64,000 bases of DNA, taken from NCBI GenBank assembly GCA_032654565.1, contig JAULAX010000009.1, positions 288,001 to 352,000 on the forward strand, read 5' to 3'. This DNA is from Anaeromyxobacteraceae bacterium. Lineage in GTDB: Bacteria > Myxococcota > Myxococcia > Myxococcales > Anaeromyxobacteraceae. Numbering within the stretch: the first letter of the stretch is position 1; the number at the start of each line of letters is the position of its first letter. The translations under genes and the position numbers were made by a program. Below, in pieces: positions 22,961 through 32,102 of this stretch. The notes below the pieces were generated by a model. The model did not search any database. It was not told where the DNA came from and saw nothing but the letters and a program-made list of their open reading frames with translations.

Positions 22961-24910
22961 TCATCCCCCCGGCCTGAAGCGCCGCTCGATCCGGGTCCGC
23001 AGCAGCTCCAGCAGCCCCTCCTCGGCCAGCCCGGCCTCCGGCGCCAGCCGCAGCGACAGCCCGCGCAGCCCCGCCACCGGCGCGCCGGGCGCCAGCGGCC
23101 TGGACCGGGCCCCACCCGGCACCAGCCGCAGCAGCTCCCGTGTCACCGGCGCCTCGTAGACCTCCAGGTAGAGCTCGGCGAAGCGGGCCAGCAGCTCCCG
23201 GACCTTCAGCCCCTCCTGCTGCGCCGGCAGGAGCTGGAAGCCGACGGTGACGCCACCCAGCGCCACCCGCTGCTCCACCACCAGCCCGAGCGCCTGCGAG
23301 ACGGGCGCCAGCGCCTCCAGCCCCTCGGCCTCGCCGTAGCGCCAGTAGCTCCGCAGCACGCCGCCGCAGCGCGGGCAGACCACCCCGTGCCGCTCGTCGA
23401 GGCCGCGGGTGCGCAGCAGGTGCAGCCCCAGCACCGGCCGGCGGCAGCGCCCGCAGCGCTCCTCCGGCCCCAGGGCGCCGAGCACGGCGCGCGCCACTGC
23501 CGCCACCGCCCCGTGCTCCAGCGCCAGCCGGACCCCGGCCGCCAGCCCCGCCTCGGCCAGCTGCGGCCCGGCCACCACCTCCTCGTCGCCGAGCCGCGCC
23601 CCCACCTCGAGGTGGCGCGGCGCCCGGGCCAGCGCCTCGGCGAAGGCCGGCGCCCCCGGCCAGGCCGCCCGCATCACCTCCCAGCGCGCCGCCAGCCCGG
23701 CCGCCTCGGCCACCGCGGGCGGCGGGCGATCCCCGGCCGCCTCCAGCAGGAAGGCCAGCACCGTCAGCCCCGCCTCCCACGGCGAGCGGGTGGCCGCCTC
23801 CTCCAGCCAGCGGGCCAGGGTCCGGGCCGGGGCCCCGGCCCGGGCCAGGTCGAGCCGGGCCGCGCTCCGGCGCACCAGGGCGCTCTCCGCCAGCGGGTCG
23901 AACGGCCGCCGCGCCACCGCGCCGGCTCCCTTCTTCTCGAGATCGCTCATCACGCTCCGTCGCTCCCTTCCCAGCACCTTCGCCGCCCGGGCCACGGCGT
24001 CGAGCCGCGCCAGCGCATCGGCGCCGGCCGCCGCCGCCTCGGCCCCCAGCGCGGCCGCCTCCTCCTCGAGGAGGTCGCGCCCCTCCCGCCGCCGCGCCTG
24101 GCTCTCCCGCCAGAGCCGGGCCGTCTCGGTGTGCTCCAGCCGGTCGCGCTCGCGGGTGAGCGACGCCGCCACCCGCCGCAGCTGCTCGACCCGCCGCTCG
24201 AGGTGGGCCCGCCGCTCCTCGGCCGTCAGGTCGCCGGGCGGCTCGCCGGCCCCCACCTTCTCGGCCATCAGCTCCAGCGCGGTCCGGTCCTGGGCCGCCC
24301 AGGCGGCGTTGACGCGGGCCATCAGGTCGCCGAGCCGCCGCCGCTCCTCGTCGGTCTGCGCCAGGTCGGGGTGGAGCAGCCGCGCCAGCCGACGGTAGAG
24401 CTGCTTCAGCTCGGCGGCCAGCTTCTCGGCGGTGGGCACCTCCACCGGCTGTTCCACGGGGCCTGGCCTGGCCGCGGCCGCGGCCGCGTCATCGTCCTCG
24501 GCCGTCGCCGCCTCGGGGCCGGCGCCCCACGGCCGCGCCGCCACCGCCCGCCGGACCGCCGCCCCGGCGCGCCGCGCCCCCTTCCGCGGGGCCCCGCCGC
24601 GCGTCGCCGCCACCCGGGCCCGCTCCAGCTCCAGCGCCTCGGCGAGGGCGCGCAGCCGTCGCACCAGCCGGGCCCGGCGCGCCAGGTCGGCGTCGGGCGG
24701 GCCGAGCCGACGCTCCACCTCGGCGGCGAAGCGGTCGAGCTCGGCGGAGAGCGCCTCGACCTCGGCGTCGAGCGCCCCCACCTGCCCGAGCAGGTCGGCC
24801 AGCAGGGCCTGCGCCTCGGCGTCCGGGTGGGGCGGGCGCTCGCCCACCGGCACCAGGGCCCGGCGGGTGGCCAGGTGGCGCTCGTCGCTCGCCCTGTGGC
24901 GCCGGTCCAT
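22961..24910 (-). CDS. J-domain protein with coiled coils and C-terminal CxxC...CxxC zinc ribbon
   Basis: LKQLYRRLARLLHPD...MARVNAAW J-domain; CGRC...CPRC; start placed at ATG 24910. Confidence 0.75.
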   Translation of the reverse strand: MDRRHRASDERHLATRRALVPVGERPPHPDAEAQALLADLLGQVGALDAEVEALSAELDRFAAEVERRLGPPDADLARRARLVRRLRALAEALELERARVAATRGGAPRKGARRAGAAVRRAVAARPWGAGPEAATAEDDDAAAAAARPGPVEQPVEVPTAEKLAAELKQLYRRLARLLHPDLAQTDEERRRLGDLMARVNAAWAAQDRTALELMAEKVGAGEPPGDLTAEERRAHLERRVEQLRRVAASLTRERDRLEHTETARLWRESQARRREGRDLLEEEAAALGAEAAAAGADALARLDAVARAAKVLGRERRSVMSDLEKKGAGAVARRPFDPLAESALVRRSAARLDLARAGAPARTLARWLEEAATRSPWEAGLTVLAFLLEAAGDRPPPAVAEAAGLAARWEVMRAAWPGAPAFAEALARAPRHLEVGARLGDEEVVAGPQLAEAGLAAGVRLALEHGAVAAVARAVLGALGPEERCGRCRRPVLGLHLLRTRGLDERHGVVCPRCGGVLRSYWRYGEAEGLEALAPVSQALGLVVEQRVALGGVTVGFQLLPAQQEGLKVRELLARFAELYLEVYEAPVTRELLRLVPGGARSRPLAPGAPVAGLRGLSLRLAPEAGLAEEGLLELLRTRIERRFRPGG

Positions 24911-25049
24911 AGGCGGCGGAGCATAAGGCGGCGGTCCACCGCTGGCCACCCCGGGCGCGCCCCGGCGCGAAGGGCGCGGGGGCCCGAAAGAGAAGGGCGG
25001 CCGCCCCGTGGGGGGCGCCGCCCTCTGCACCAGCTCCAGCCGGTAGCGG

Positions 25050-25289
25050 CTAGGTCTTCTTGGGCTCGTCCTTCTTGTCGCCCTTGTGCTTGCAGTGCTC
25101 GCAAGCGCACTTGTCGCCGCACTTGCACTTGCCGTCAGCGCCCTTGCACTGGCAGCCCTTGTCGTCCTTCTTCTGGGCCTGGGCGGTGTCGTTCTTGTGC
25201 GGGCAGCTCTTGGCGCAGTCGTCGCAGGCCGAGGCCGGGGTGGCGAAGAAGGCGAGGGCGGCGGCGGCGCCGAGGAGGTACTTCATCAT
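25050..25289 (-). CDS. Small secreted Cys/Lys-rich, metallothionein-like protein
   Basis: AAGGAG RBS, signal peptide MMKYLLGAAAALAFFATPASA, 10 Cys and 3 His in about 58 residues. Confidence 0.75.
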   Translation of the reverse strand: MMKYLLGAAAALAFFATPASACDDCAKSCPHKNDTAQAQKKDDKGCQCKGADGKCKCGDKCACEHCKHKGDKKDEPKKT

Positions 25290-25344
25290 GTGGTGCTCCT
25301 TGGTATGCGGCCGCGCAGCGGCCTGGGTTGCGCTTGAGGCGGCC

Positions 25345-25374
25345 AACATAGGCCCGCCGTTTCACGCCTGTCAA
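25345..25374 (-). promoter_or_regulatory. Putative sigma70 promoter of the Cys-rich peptide gene
   Basis: TTGACA-N18-TATGTT on the minus strand. Confidence 0.55.
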
Positions 25375-25463
25375 TGTGGCGTGGCCCCGCGCCGGGCGCG
25401 TCCCCGGCCGCCTCCCCGGGGCTGTTTGTGCGTGGCGGAATCAGCGGTTAGAGTGCGCCCCCG

Positions 25464-26588
25464 ATGAACCACCTCGACCCCGACAAGCTGCTGGCCCTCC
25501 TGCGCGATCCCAACGTCGAGAGCGCCCAGATCGCCGAGGCGGTCGGCGTCCCGCGCGAGGAGGCCGGCCGCGCCGCGCGCCTCCTGCTGACGCTCGGTCG
25601 CGCCAAGGCCGAGGAGGTGGCCACCCTGCCCGCCCCGCTGGCCGCCGCCGTGCTCCACGCCGCCGCCCTGGCCGGCCGCGTCGACCTGGTGGCGGCGCTG
25701 GCGGCCCGCGAGGAGAAGGAGGTCTCCAAGGAGGCCAAGCGGCAGCTCCACAAGCTGAAGCTGCGCGGCGTGGTCATCCCCGAGCCGCCCCCCCTGGCCC
25801 CGGCCCTGACGCCCCCGCCCGAGGCGCCGCCGGTCGCCTACGGCTCCACCTTCGACGGCCACGGCGAGCGCGCCGTCTGGCTCCCCCGCAACGTGCCGGG
25901 GCGCGGGCTGGAGGTGGCCCAGGCGGTCTGCTCCGACCAGCGCGGCCTCATCGAGCTCCACCTCGGCCTGGTGGGGCGCAAGGAGTGGCGCGCCTTCGTG
26001 AAGGGGCTGCTGGACCGCGCCGCCGCCATGGGCGTCTCCGAGCTGGCCTGGGGCGAGGCCCACGCCCGCATCGCCGCGGCGCGCGCCGGCAACGAGCGCT
26101 CCGGGCAGCGGGTGCCCGACGGCGCCGACCAGTGGCTCGGCCAGCTCGGCCCGCCGCCCCTCCCCGCCAACCCGGCCGCGGCGCTGCCGCCGCTCGACCC
26201 GGTGGCGGAGGGCGCGGCGCTGGCGGCCTCGGCGGCCCTGCACGATCACCCGCTGCTGCGCGGCTGGCTGGCCGAGGAGCCCTTCCTGCGCGAGGTGGCG
26301 ACGGCGCTCGACGCGGTGGAGAAGTCACCGCTGGCGCTCGAGGCCGCCGAGAAGGCGGCGCGGCGGCGGGAGCTGGTGCAGGAGGCGGTGGCGCGGTACT
26401 TCACCCCGGAGCGGCGCGCCCGGCTGGCCAGCCGGCTGCTGGAGGTGGCGGCCTGGTTCGCCGGGGCCGGCCACGCCGAGCAGGCGGCGCAGGCGGCCGC
26501 CGCGGCCCGGGCCCTGGCCGCCGGGGTCCCGCCCGGCCAGCTCCCCTTCGCCGCCCGGCTCGTCGAGAAGGCCTTCAAGGTCGAATGA
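25464..26588 (+). CDS. Hypothetical protein
   Basis: Typical codon bias; first gene of an overlapping four-gene run. Confidence 0.8.
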   Translation: MNHLDPDKLLALLRDPNVESAQIAEAVGVPREEAGRAARLLLTLGRAKAEEVATLPAPLAAAVLHAAALAGRVDLVAALAAREEKEVSKEAKRQLHKLKLRGVVIPEPPPLAPALTPPPEAPPVAYGSTFDGHGERAVWLPRNVPGRGLEVAQAVCSDQRGLIELHLGLVGRKEWRAFVKGLLDRAAAMGVSELAWGEAHARIAAARAGNERSGQRVPDGADQWLGQLGPPPLPANPAAALPPLDPVAEGAALAASAALHDHPLLRGWLAEEPFLREVATALDAVEKSPLALEAAEKAARRRELVQEAVARYFTPERRARLASRLLEVAAWFAGAGHAEQAAQAAAAARALAAGVPPGQLPFAARLVEKAFKVE

Positions 26589-27007
26589 CCGGTCACCGCA
26601 ACCCTGCGCCCACCGTGGACGTGGTCATCTCGCTGCCCGGCGACCGGGTGGTGCTGGTGGCGCGCCGCTTCGAGCCGGTGGGCTGGGCGCTCCCCGGCGG
26701 CTTCGTCGACGAGGGCGAGACGGTGGAGGCGGCGGCGGTGCGCGAGGCCCGCGAGGAGACCGGCCTCTCGGTGACGCTCACCGACCTGCTCTGGGTCTAC
26801 TCCGATCCCCGCCGCGACGCCCGCCGCCACACCCTGAGCACCGTCTTCCTGGGGCGCGCCGACGGCCAGCCGCGCGGCGGCGACGACGCCGCCGAGGCCC
26901 GGGCCTTCGCCTGGGGGGCGCTGCCGGCGGCGCTCTGCTTCGACCACGCCGAGATCCTCGCCGACGCCCGGCGCCTGCTCCTCACCGGCACCCGGCGCCG
27001 CCCGTGA
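26585..27007 (+). CDS. NUDIX hydrolase
   Basis: Nudix box GGFVDEGETVEAAAVREAREETG; ATGA overlap with the upstream gene. Confidence 0.92.
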   Translation: MTGHRNPAPTVDVVISLPGDRVVLVARRFEPVGWALPGGFVDEGETVEAAAVREAREETGLSVTLTDLLWVYSDPRRDARRHTLSTVFLGRADGQPRGGDDAAEARAFAWGALPAALCFDHAEILADARRLLLTGTRRRP

Positions 27008-27546
27008 CCGCCCCGCTCTCCACGGCGGAGCGCTCCGCCCTCCTGCAGCTGGCCCGCGCCGGCGTCGCCCACCGGCTCGGCGCCGGCCCGGCGCCGCACC
27101 TGCCCGCCGACCCGCCCCTCCAGGCCGCCCGCGCCGCCTTCGTCACCCTGCTCGTCGGCGGCGAGGTCCGGGCCAGCCTCGGGGCCCTGGCGCCGGAGGG
27201 GCCGCTGGCGGCCACCGTGGCCCGGCTGGCCGCCCGGGCCGCCCTGGACGACCCGCGCCAGCCGCCGCTCACCCCGGCCGAGCTCCCCGGGCTCTCGATC
27301 CGGGTGGCGGTGCTCGGCCCGCTGCGACCGCTCTCGGCCGGCCCGCCGCGCCCCGGCCTGGACGGCGCCGCGGTGACGCGGGGCTGGCACCGGGGGCTGC
27401 TGCTCCCGTCGGCGGCCGCCGGGAAGGATTGGCCCCCCGAGACGTTCATCAAGCACGCGTGCCTCGCGGCCGGCCTGCCGGCCCGCGCGCACCTCGAGCC
27501 GGATGCCCGGGTCGAGATCTTCGAGGTCGAGGAGTTCAGCGAGTGA
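27004..27546 (+). CDS. AMMECR1-domain protein
   Basis: AAFVTL, AALDDPR, GLLLPSAA, ACLAAGLP, FEVEEF pattern. Confidence 0.82.
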   Translation: MTAPLSTAERSALLQLARAGVAHRLGAGPAPHLPADPPLQAARAAFVTLLVGGEVRASLGALAPEGPLAATVARLAARAALDDPRQPPLTPAELPGLSIRVAVLGPLRPLSAGPPRPGLDGAAVTRGWHRGLLLPSAAAGKDWPPETFIKHACLAAGLPARAHLEPDARVEIFEVEEFSE

Positions 27547-28592
27547 TCACTGCACTGTCCATCATCGCCGCCATCCTGGCGGTCTCCGGCCTGATCGTCC
27601 TCCACGAGGCCGGCCACATGTGGGTGGCCCGCTGGCTGGGGATGCGCATCGAGCGGTTCAGCGTCGGCTTCGGGCCGGTGCTCTGGTCGACCACCCGGGG
27701 CGGGACCGAGTACGCGGTCTCGGCGCTGCCGCTCGGCGGCTACGTCAAGATCGCCGGCATGACCGCCAGCGACGAGGTCGCCCCCGGCGATCCCACCGCC
27801 TTCTGCAACAAGCCGGCGTGGCGCCGGGTGCTGGTGCTGGCGGCCGGGCCAGGCGCCAACTACCTGGCGGCGGTGGTGCTGGCGGTGGGGCTGCTGGCCT
27901 CGGTGGGGCTGCCCGCCCCCGACGGCTCCTCCCGCGTCGGCGACCTGACCCCGGGCATGCCGGGCGCGCCGGCCGGCCTGGAGACCGGCGACCGGATCGT
28001 CGCCGTCGACGGCAAGCCCATGGGCGACTGGTACGCGCTGGTGGCCGAGCTGCAGCGCCACCCCGGGCAGGAGGTCGAGCTCACCATCGAGCGCGGCGAG
28101 CCGGCCCGCCGGCAGCCGCTCCGGCTCACACCCAGGAACGACGGCGGCGTGGGCCGGGTCGGCTTCCGGCCCTTCACGGTGCGCCGGCAGCTCGGCCCCG
28201 TCGACGCGCTGGTGGAGGGCTTCGCGGCCACCAACGCCCGGGCCTGGGACAACCTGGTGGGGCTGGCGCAGGTGGTGAAGCGGGAGCAGAAGGCCGAGCT
28301 GTCCGGCCCCATCGGCATCGGCCAGGAGCTGGTGCGCGGGGCCAGGCTGGGGGTCGATCGCTTCCTCACCATCGTCTGGAACGTCTCCATCGCCCTGGCG
28401 CTGCTCAACCTGCTGCCGCTGCCGGCCCTCGACGGCGGCCGCCTGGTCTTCATCGCCATCGAGGTGGTGACCCGCCGGCGGGTCAGCGAGCGGATCGAGG
28501 GGATCGTCCACGGCATCGGCTTCGCCGCGCTCCTGCTGCTGCTGGTGGGGGTCACCATCTTCGGCGACCTGGCCCGGATGCTGGGCAAGTAG
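27543..28592 (+). CDS. rseP: Site-2 membrane metalloprotease (M50, RseP-like) with PDZ domain
   Basis: HEAGH, FSVGFGP, PLGGYVKI, NLLPLPALDGG; GTG start overlaps the upstream stop. Confidence 0.9.
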   Translation: MITALSIIAAILAVSGLIVLHEAGHMWVARWLGMRIERFSVGFGPVLWSTTRGGTEYAVSALPLGGYVKIAGMTASDEVAPGDPTAFCNKPAWRRVLVLAAGPGANYLAAVVLAVGLLASVGLPAPDGSSRVGDLTPGMPGAPAGLETGDRIVAVDGKPMGDWYALVAELQRHPGQEVELTIERGEPARRQPLRLTPRNDGGVGRVGFRPFTVRRQLGPVDALVEGFAATNARAWDNLVGLAQVVKREQKAELSGPIGIGQELVRGARLGVDRFLTIVWNVSIALALLNLLPLPALDGGRLVFIAIEVVTRRRVSERIEGIVHGIGFAALLLLLVGVTIFGDLARMLGK

Positions 28593-28669
28593 CGCCGGCC
28601 GGGCGCGTCCCGCCTGCCGGGCGGGCTGGCGGGCTGGGCGCCGCCGCCGCCGCCCGTTAGGATGACCCC

Positions 28670-29317
28670 ATGCCGGTGACCGTCCTCTACTTCGCCGCGG
28701 CGCGCGACGCCGCCGGCGCCGTCCACGAAGCGCTCGACCCGGTCCCCCCCACGGTGGGCGACCTGCGCCGCCTCCTCCTCGAGCGCCGCCCCGGGCTCGG
28801 GCCGGTGCTGGCGAGGAGCCGGGTGGCCGTCGACGGCCGCTTCGCCGGCGACGAGTCAGCGCTCCACGACGGCGCCGAGGTGGCCATCATCCCCCCGGTG
28901 GCCGGGGGGGCGCCGGCCTGCGCCGTGGTCGACCGGCCGCTCCGGCTCGACGAGGTGGTCGAGGCGGTCTCCTCGACCGGGCTCGGCGGCCTGGTCACCT
29001 TCACCGGGGTGGTCCGCGACAGCTCCCACGGCCGGCGCGTCGAGCGGCTGGAGTACCAGGCCTACCAGGGCATGGCCGAGCAGGCCCTGGCCCGGATCGC
29101 CGAGGAGGTGGGGGCCCGCCACGGCTGCCGGGCGGCGGTGATCCACCGCGTCGGGGTGCTCCAGCCCGGCGAGGCGGCGGTGGTCATCGCCTGCGCCGCG
29201 CCCCACCGGGCGGCGGCCTTCCAGGCCTGCCAGGAGGTGCTGGAGCGGCTCAAGGCGGAGGTCCCCATCTGGAAGCGGGAGGTCTTCAGCGACGGCGCCC
29301 AGTGGGTGGGGATGTGA
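28670..29317 (+). CDS. Molybdopterin synthase MoaD-MoaE fusion
   Basis: N-half VLYFAAARD...IIPPVAGG (MoaD); C-half FTGVVRD, LEYQAY, HRVG, VPIWKRE (MoaE). Confidence 0.92.
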   Translation: MPVTVLYFAAARDAAGAVHEALDPVPPTVGDLRRLLLERRPGLGPVLARSRVAVDGRFAGDESALHDGAEVAIIPPVAGGAPACAVVDRPLRLDEVVEAVSSTGLGGLVTFTGVVRDSSHGRRVERLEYQAYQGMAEQALARIAEEVGARHGCRAAVIHRVGVLQPGEAAVVIACAAPHRAAAFQACQEVLERLKAEVPIWKREVFSDGAQWVGM

Positions 29318-29369
29318 GCGGGCGCCACCGACTCGCGGTCGAGGGGGGCTCGCGGTATCCTCGGCCGAT

Positions 29370-29744
29370 GTGGAGAGGCTCCCCCCGGTGAAGGTGCTCA
29401 TCGCCGATGACGATCGGCTGGTCCGGGCCATGCTGGGCGACCTGCTGGTCGAGCTCGGGCACCAGGTGATCGCCGCCCAGGACGGGGCCGAGGCCGTCAA
29501 GCTCTGCGACGGCGCCACCCCCGACCTGCTCATCCTCGACTTCCTCATGCCCCGCCTCTCCGGCCTCGACGCCCTGCTGGAGATCCGGCGGCGCCACGCG
29601 GTGCCGGCCCTGCTCCTCACCGCCATCAACCAGGGGAGCCTGCGCGGCGTCGAGGGGGTCGAGCAGGTGCAGGGGCTCCTGGAGAAGCCCTTCACCCGGA
29701 AGTCGCTGGAGCGGGCCATCCACGGGGCCGTGCCCGGTCGATGA
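29370..29744 (+). CDS. Single-domain response regulator (start may be GTG 29388)
   Basis: VLIADDD, DFLMPRLSG, KPF. Confidence 0.88.
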   Translation: MERLPPVKVLIADDDRLVRAMLGDLLVELGHQVIAAQDGAEAVKLCDGATPDLLILDFLMPRLSGLDALLEIRRRHAVPALLLTAINQGSLRGVEGVEQVQGLLEKPFTRKSLERAIHGAVPGR

Positions 29745-30667
29745 ACCTCTTCCGCATCCTCTTCCTGCTGCTGCTGCTGGCCGCGCTGACGCCGCTGCTG
29801 CTGCTGGTGCTGGTGCTCCGCGCCAACGGGGTGGACGTGGTCCCCCCGTCGCTGGCCGCCGGGGGCGCGGCGGTGCTGCTGGCGCTGCTCATCTCCATGG
29901 TGCTGGCCCGGCGGGTCACCACGCCGCTCGACGCGCTGGTGCACGGCGCCCTCGACATCGCCCGCGGCCGCTTCGGCCACCAGGTGCCCCACACCGGCCG
30001 GACCGAGCTGAGCGACCTGGCCTACACCTTCAACTTCATGTCGAGCCAGCTGGCGCAGTACGACAAGGACAACGCCCGGCTCTACGCGGCGCTGGAGCGC
30101 GGCTACCTGGAGACCATCCGGGCGCTGGCCTCGGCCATCGACGCCAAGGACCCGTACACCCGGGGCCACTCCGAGCGGGTGGCCAAGCTGGCGGTGGAGA
30201 TCGGGCGGGAGCTTCAGCTCGACGACGCCACCCTCCGCATCCTCGAGTTCGGCGGCATCCTCCACGACGTCGGCAAGATCGGCATCCCCGAGACGGTGCT
30301 GGGCAAGCCGGCCCGGCTCACCCCCGAGGAGTTCAAGGTGGTCCGCAGCCACGCCGCCATCGGCGCCGAGATCGTCGAGGGAGTGGAGTTCCTCAAGGGC
30401 GCCGAGCCGGCCATCCGCCACCACCACGAGCGGTGGGACGGGCGGGGCTACCCCGACGGCCTGGCCGGCGACGCCATCCCGCTCATCGCCCGCATCGTCA
30501 ACGCCGCCGACACCTGGGACGCCTGCACCTCGGAGCGCCCGTACCACCAGGCGGCCACGGTCGAGGAGGGGATCTCCATCCTCGCCGAGAGCCGGGGGGC
30601 GCAGCTCGACCCGGTGGTCCACGACGCCATCCTCCGGGCCCTGACCAGGCTGGGACACCTCCACTGA
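29741..30667 (+). CDS. Membrane-anchored HAMP + HD-GYP cyclic dinucleotide phosphodiesterase
   Basis: Two TM helices, HAMP, YTRGHSERV, LHDVGKIG, HHERWDGRGYP. Confidence 0.92.
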   Translation: MNLFRILFLLLLLAALTPLLLLVLVLRANGVDVVPPSLAAGGAAVLLALLISMVLARRVTTPLDALVHGALDIARGRFGHQVPHTGRTELSDLAYTFNFMSSQLAQYDKDNARLYAALERGYLETIRALASAIDAKDPYTRGHSERVAKLAVEIGRELQLDDATLRILEFGGILHDVGKIGIPETVLGKPARLTPEEFKVVRSHAAIGAEIVEGVEFLKGAEPAIRHHHERWDGRGYPDGLAGDAIPLIARIVNAADTWDACTSERPYHQAATVEEGISILAESRGAQLDPVVHDAILRALTRLGHLH

Positions 30668-30675
30668 GCCGTCGC

Positions 30676-31305
30676 GTGACCCGCCTCGCCATCCTCGACC
30701 TCGACGGCACCCTGCTCGACACGCTCGACGACCTGGCCGGCTCGGTCAACGCCGCGCTGGCCGCGGTCGGCCTGCCGCCCCGGCAGCGGCCGGAGATCGA
30801 GCGCTTCGTCGGCGAGGGGGCCCGGGTGCTGCTGGCCCGGGCGGTGGCGCCCCACCACCAGCTCCTCGAGCCGGCCCTGGCCGCCTGGTGGGGCCACTAC
30901 CGGGCCCACTGCCTCGACGGGACCCGCCCCTTCCCCGGCATCCCCGCCCTGCTCACCCGCAGCGGGCGCCGCCTGGCCGTCCACACCAACAAGCCCGGCG
31001 CGCTGGCCCGCCAGATCCTCGCCGGCCTCGGCCTGCGGGACCGCTTCGCCGTGGTCACCGGGGGCGACGAGGGGCCGCGCAAGCCCCACCCCGGCGCCAC
31101 CCTGGCCATCATGCGGCGGCTGGGGGCCCGGCCGGCCGACACCGTCTTCATCGGCGACAGCCCCACCGACGTGCGGACGGCGCGCGCCGCCGGGGTCCGC
31201 ATGGTGGGGGTCTCCTGGGGCTTCCGGCCGGAGGCCGAGCTGCGGGCGGCCGGCGCGGTGACCGTGGTCAGCCGCGTGGCGGAGCTGGCGCCGTGGCTGG
31301 CGTGA
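30676..31305 (+). CDS. HAD-family hydrolase (phosphoglycolate phosphatase-like)
   Basis: DLDGTLLDT, TNK, KPHP, IGDSPTD; GTG start. Confidence 0.9.
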   Translation: MTRLAILDLDGTLLDTLDDLAGSVNAALAAVGLPPRQRPEIERFVGEGARVLLARAVAPHHQLLEPALAAWWGHYRAHCLDGTRPFPGIPALLTRSGRRLAVHTNKPGALARQILAGLGLRDRFAVVTGGDEGPRKPHPGATLAIMRRLGARPADTVFIGDSPTDVRTARAAGVRMVGVSWGFRPEAELRAAGAVTVVSRVAELAPWLA

Positions 31306-31397
31306 GGCGCGGCGGCCGGGGGCGCGGGGGCGGCGGACGCGGCGGCGCCCCCGGACGGAAACTGGCCCGCCCGTCGGGGCCGAAATACCTTGCCCCC

Positions 31398-31733
31398 ATG
31401 CTGAAGGCGCTGAAGCTGCTGGTGCTGGTCGGGCTGGTCGCCGGCCTCCTCTTCCTGCTCCCCTTCGGCGGCCGCACCCTCTTCGACCGCTGGCGGGCGG
31501 CCCGCGGCCCCGGCGACTTCGCGGCCCGCACCTGGGCCGAGATGCGCGGCGGCCCGGTCCCCCCGGACCCGGCCCCGCCGCCAACCGCCCGGAAGGCGAA
31601 GCCGGCCAAGCCCGCGGCGGCCGGGGAGCCGCCGCCCGGCGCCGACCAGCCGCTGGAGACCACCACCGACGCCGAGCGCAAGTCGCTCGACAAGCTGCTC
31701 GACCAGCACCTCTCCGAGAAGCCCAAGCGCTGA
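31398..31733 (+). CDS. Small membrane-anchored hypothetical protein
   Basis: MLKALKLLVLVGLVAGLLFLLPFGGRTL N-terminal TM helix, Pro-rich linker. Confidence 0.7.
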   Translation: MLKALKLLVLVGLVAGLLFLLPFGGRTLFDRWRAARGPGDFAARTWAEMRGGPVPPDPAPPPTARKAKPAKPAAAGEPPPGADQPLETTTDAERKSLDKLLDQHLSEKPKR

Positions 31734-31799
31734 AACGGCGGGCGCTTCCGGCCGGTTCGGGGTTGCCATCGGAGCCGGGCTCGCGGTACACACCCCGCC

Positions 31800-32102
31800 A
31801 TGCCCGAGACCAAGAAGAAGAACCTCAAGAAGCCCCCGCAGGCGAAGAGCAACGGCAAGAAGACCTGCAAGGTCGAGGGCTGCAAGCGCGCCTACCGCGC
31901 CAAGACGTTCTGCTTCTTCCACTTCAAGAAGTGGCGCGCCGGCGAGATGGAGTCGAAGCCGGCCCGGTACAAGACCTGCTCCAAGCCCGACTGCAAGAAG
32001 AAGGTGGTCGGCCACGGCCTCTGCCAGGACCACTTCGCGGCCTGGACCAAGAGCCGCAAGAAGAACCAGGGCAAGGGCGAGGCCGCCCCGGCCGCCAGCT
32101 AG
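31800..32102 (+). CDS. Lys-rich double zinc-finger protein resembling myxobacterial vegetative protein VegA
   Basis: Two C-x4-C-x9-C-x2-H units (KTCKVEGCKRAYRAKTFCFFH; KTCSKPDCKKKVVGHGLCQDH), highly basic; TTGCCA-N18-TACACA upstream. Confidence 0.75.
   Translation: MPETKKKNLKKPPQAKSNGKKTCKVEGCKRAYRAKTFCFFHFKKWRAGEMESKPARYKTCSKPDCKKKVVGHGLCQDHFAAWTKSRKKNQGKGEAAPAAS

Noticed and set aside
29315..29345. TGA ending MoaE followed by a small hairpin, considered as a second Sec site
   Set aside because: Stem is only about 4 bp, the loop does not start with G, and WVGM is a normal MoaE ending.
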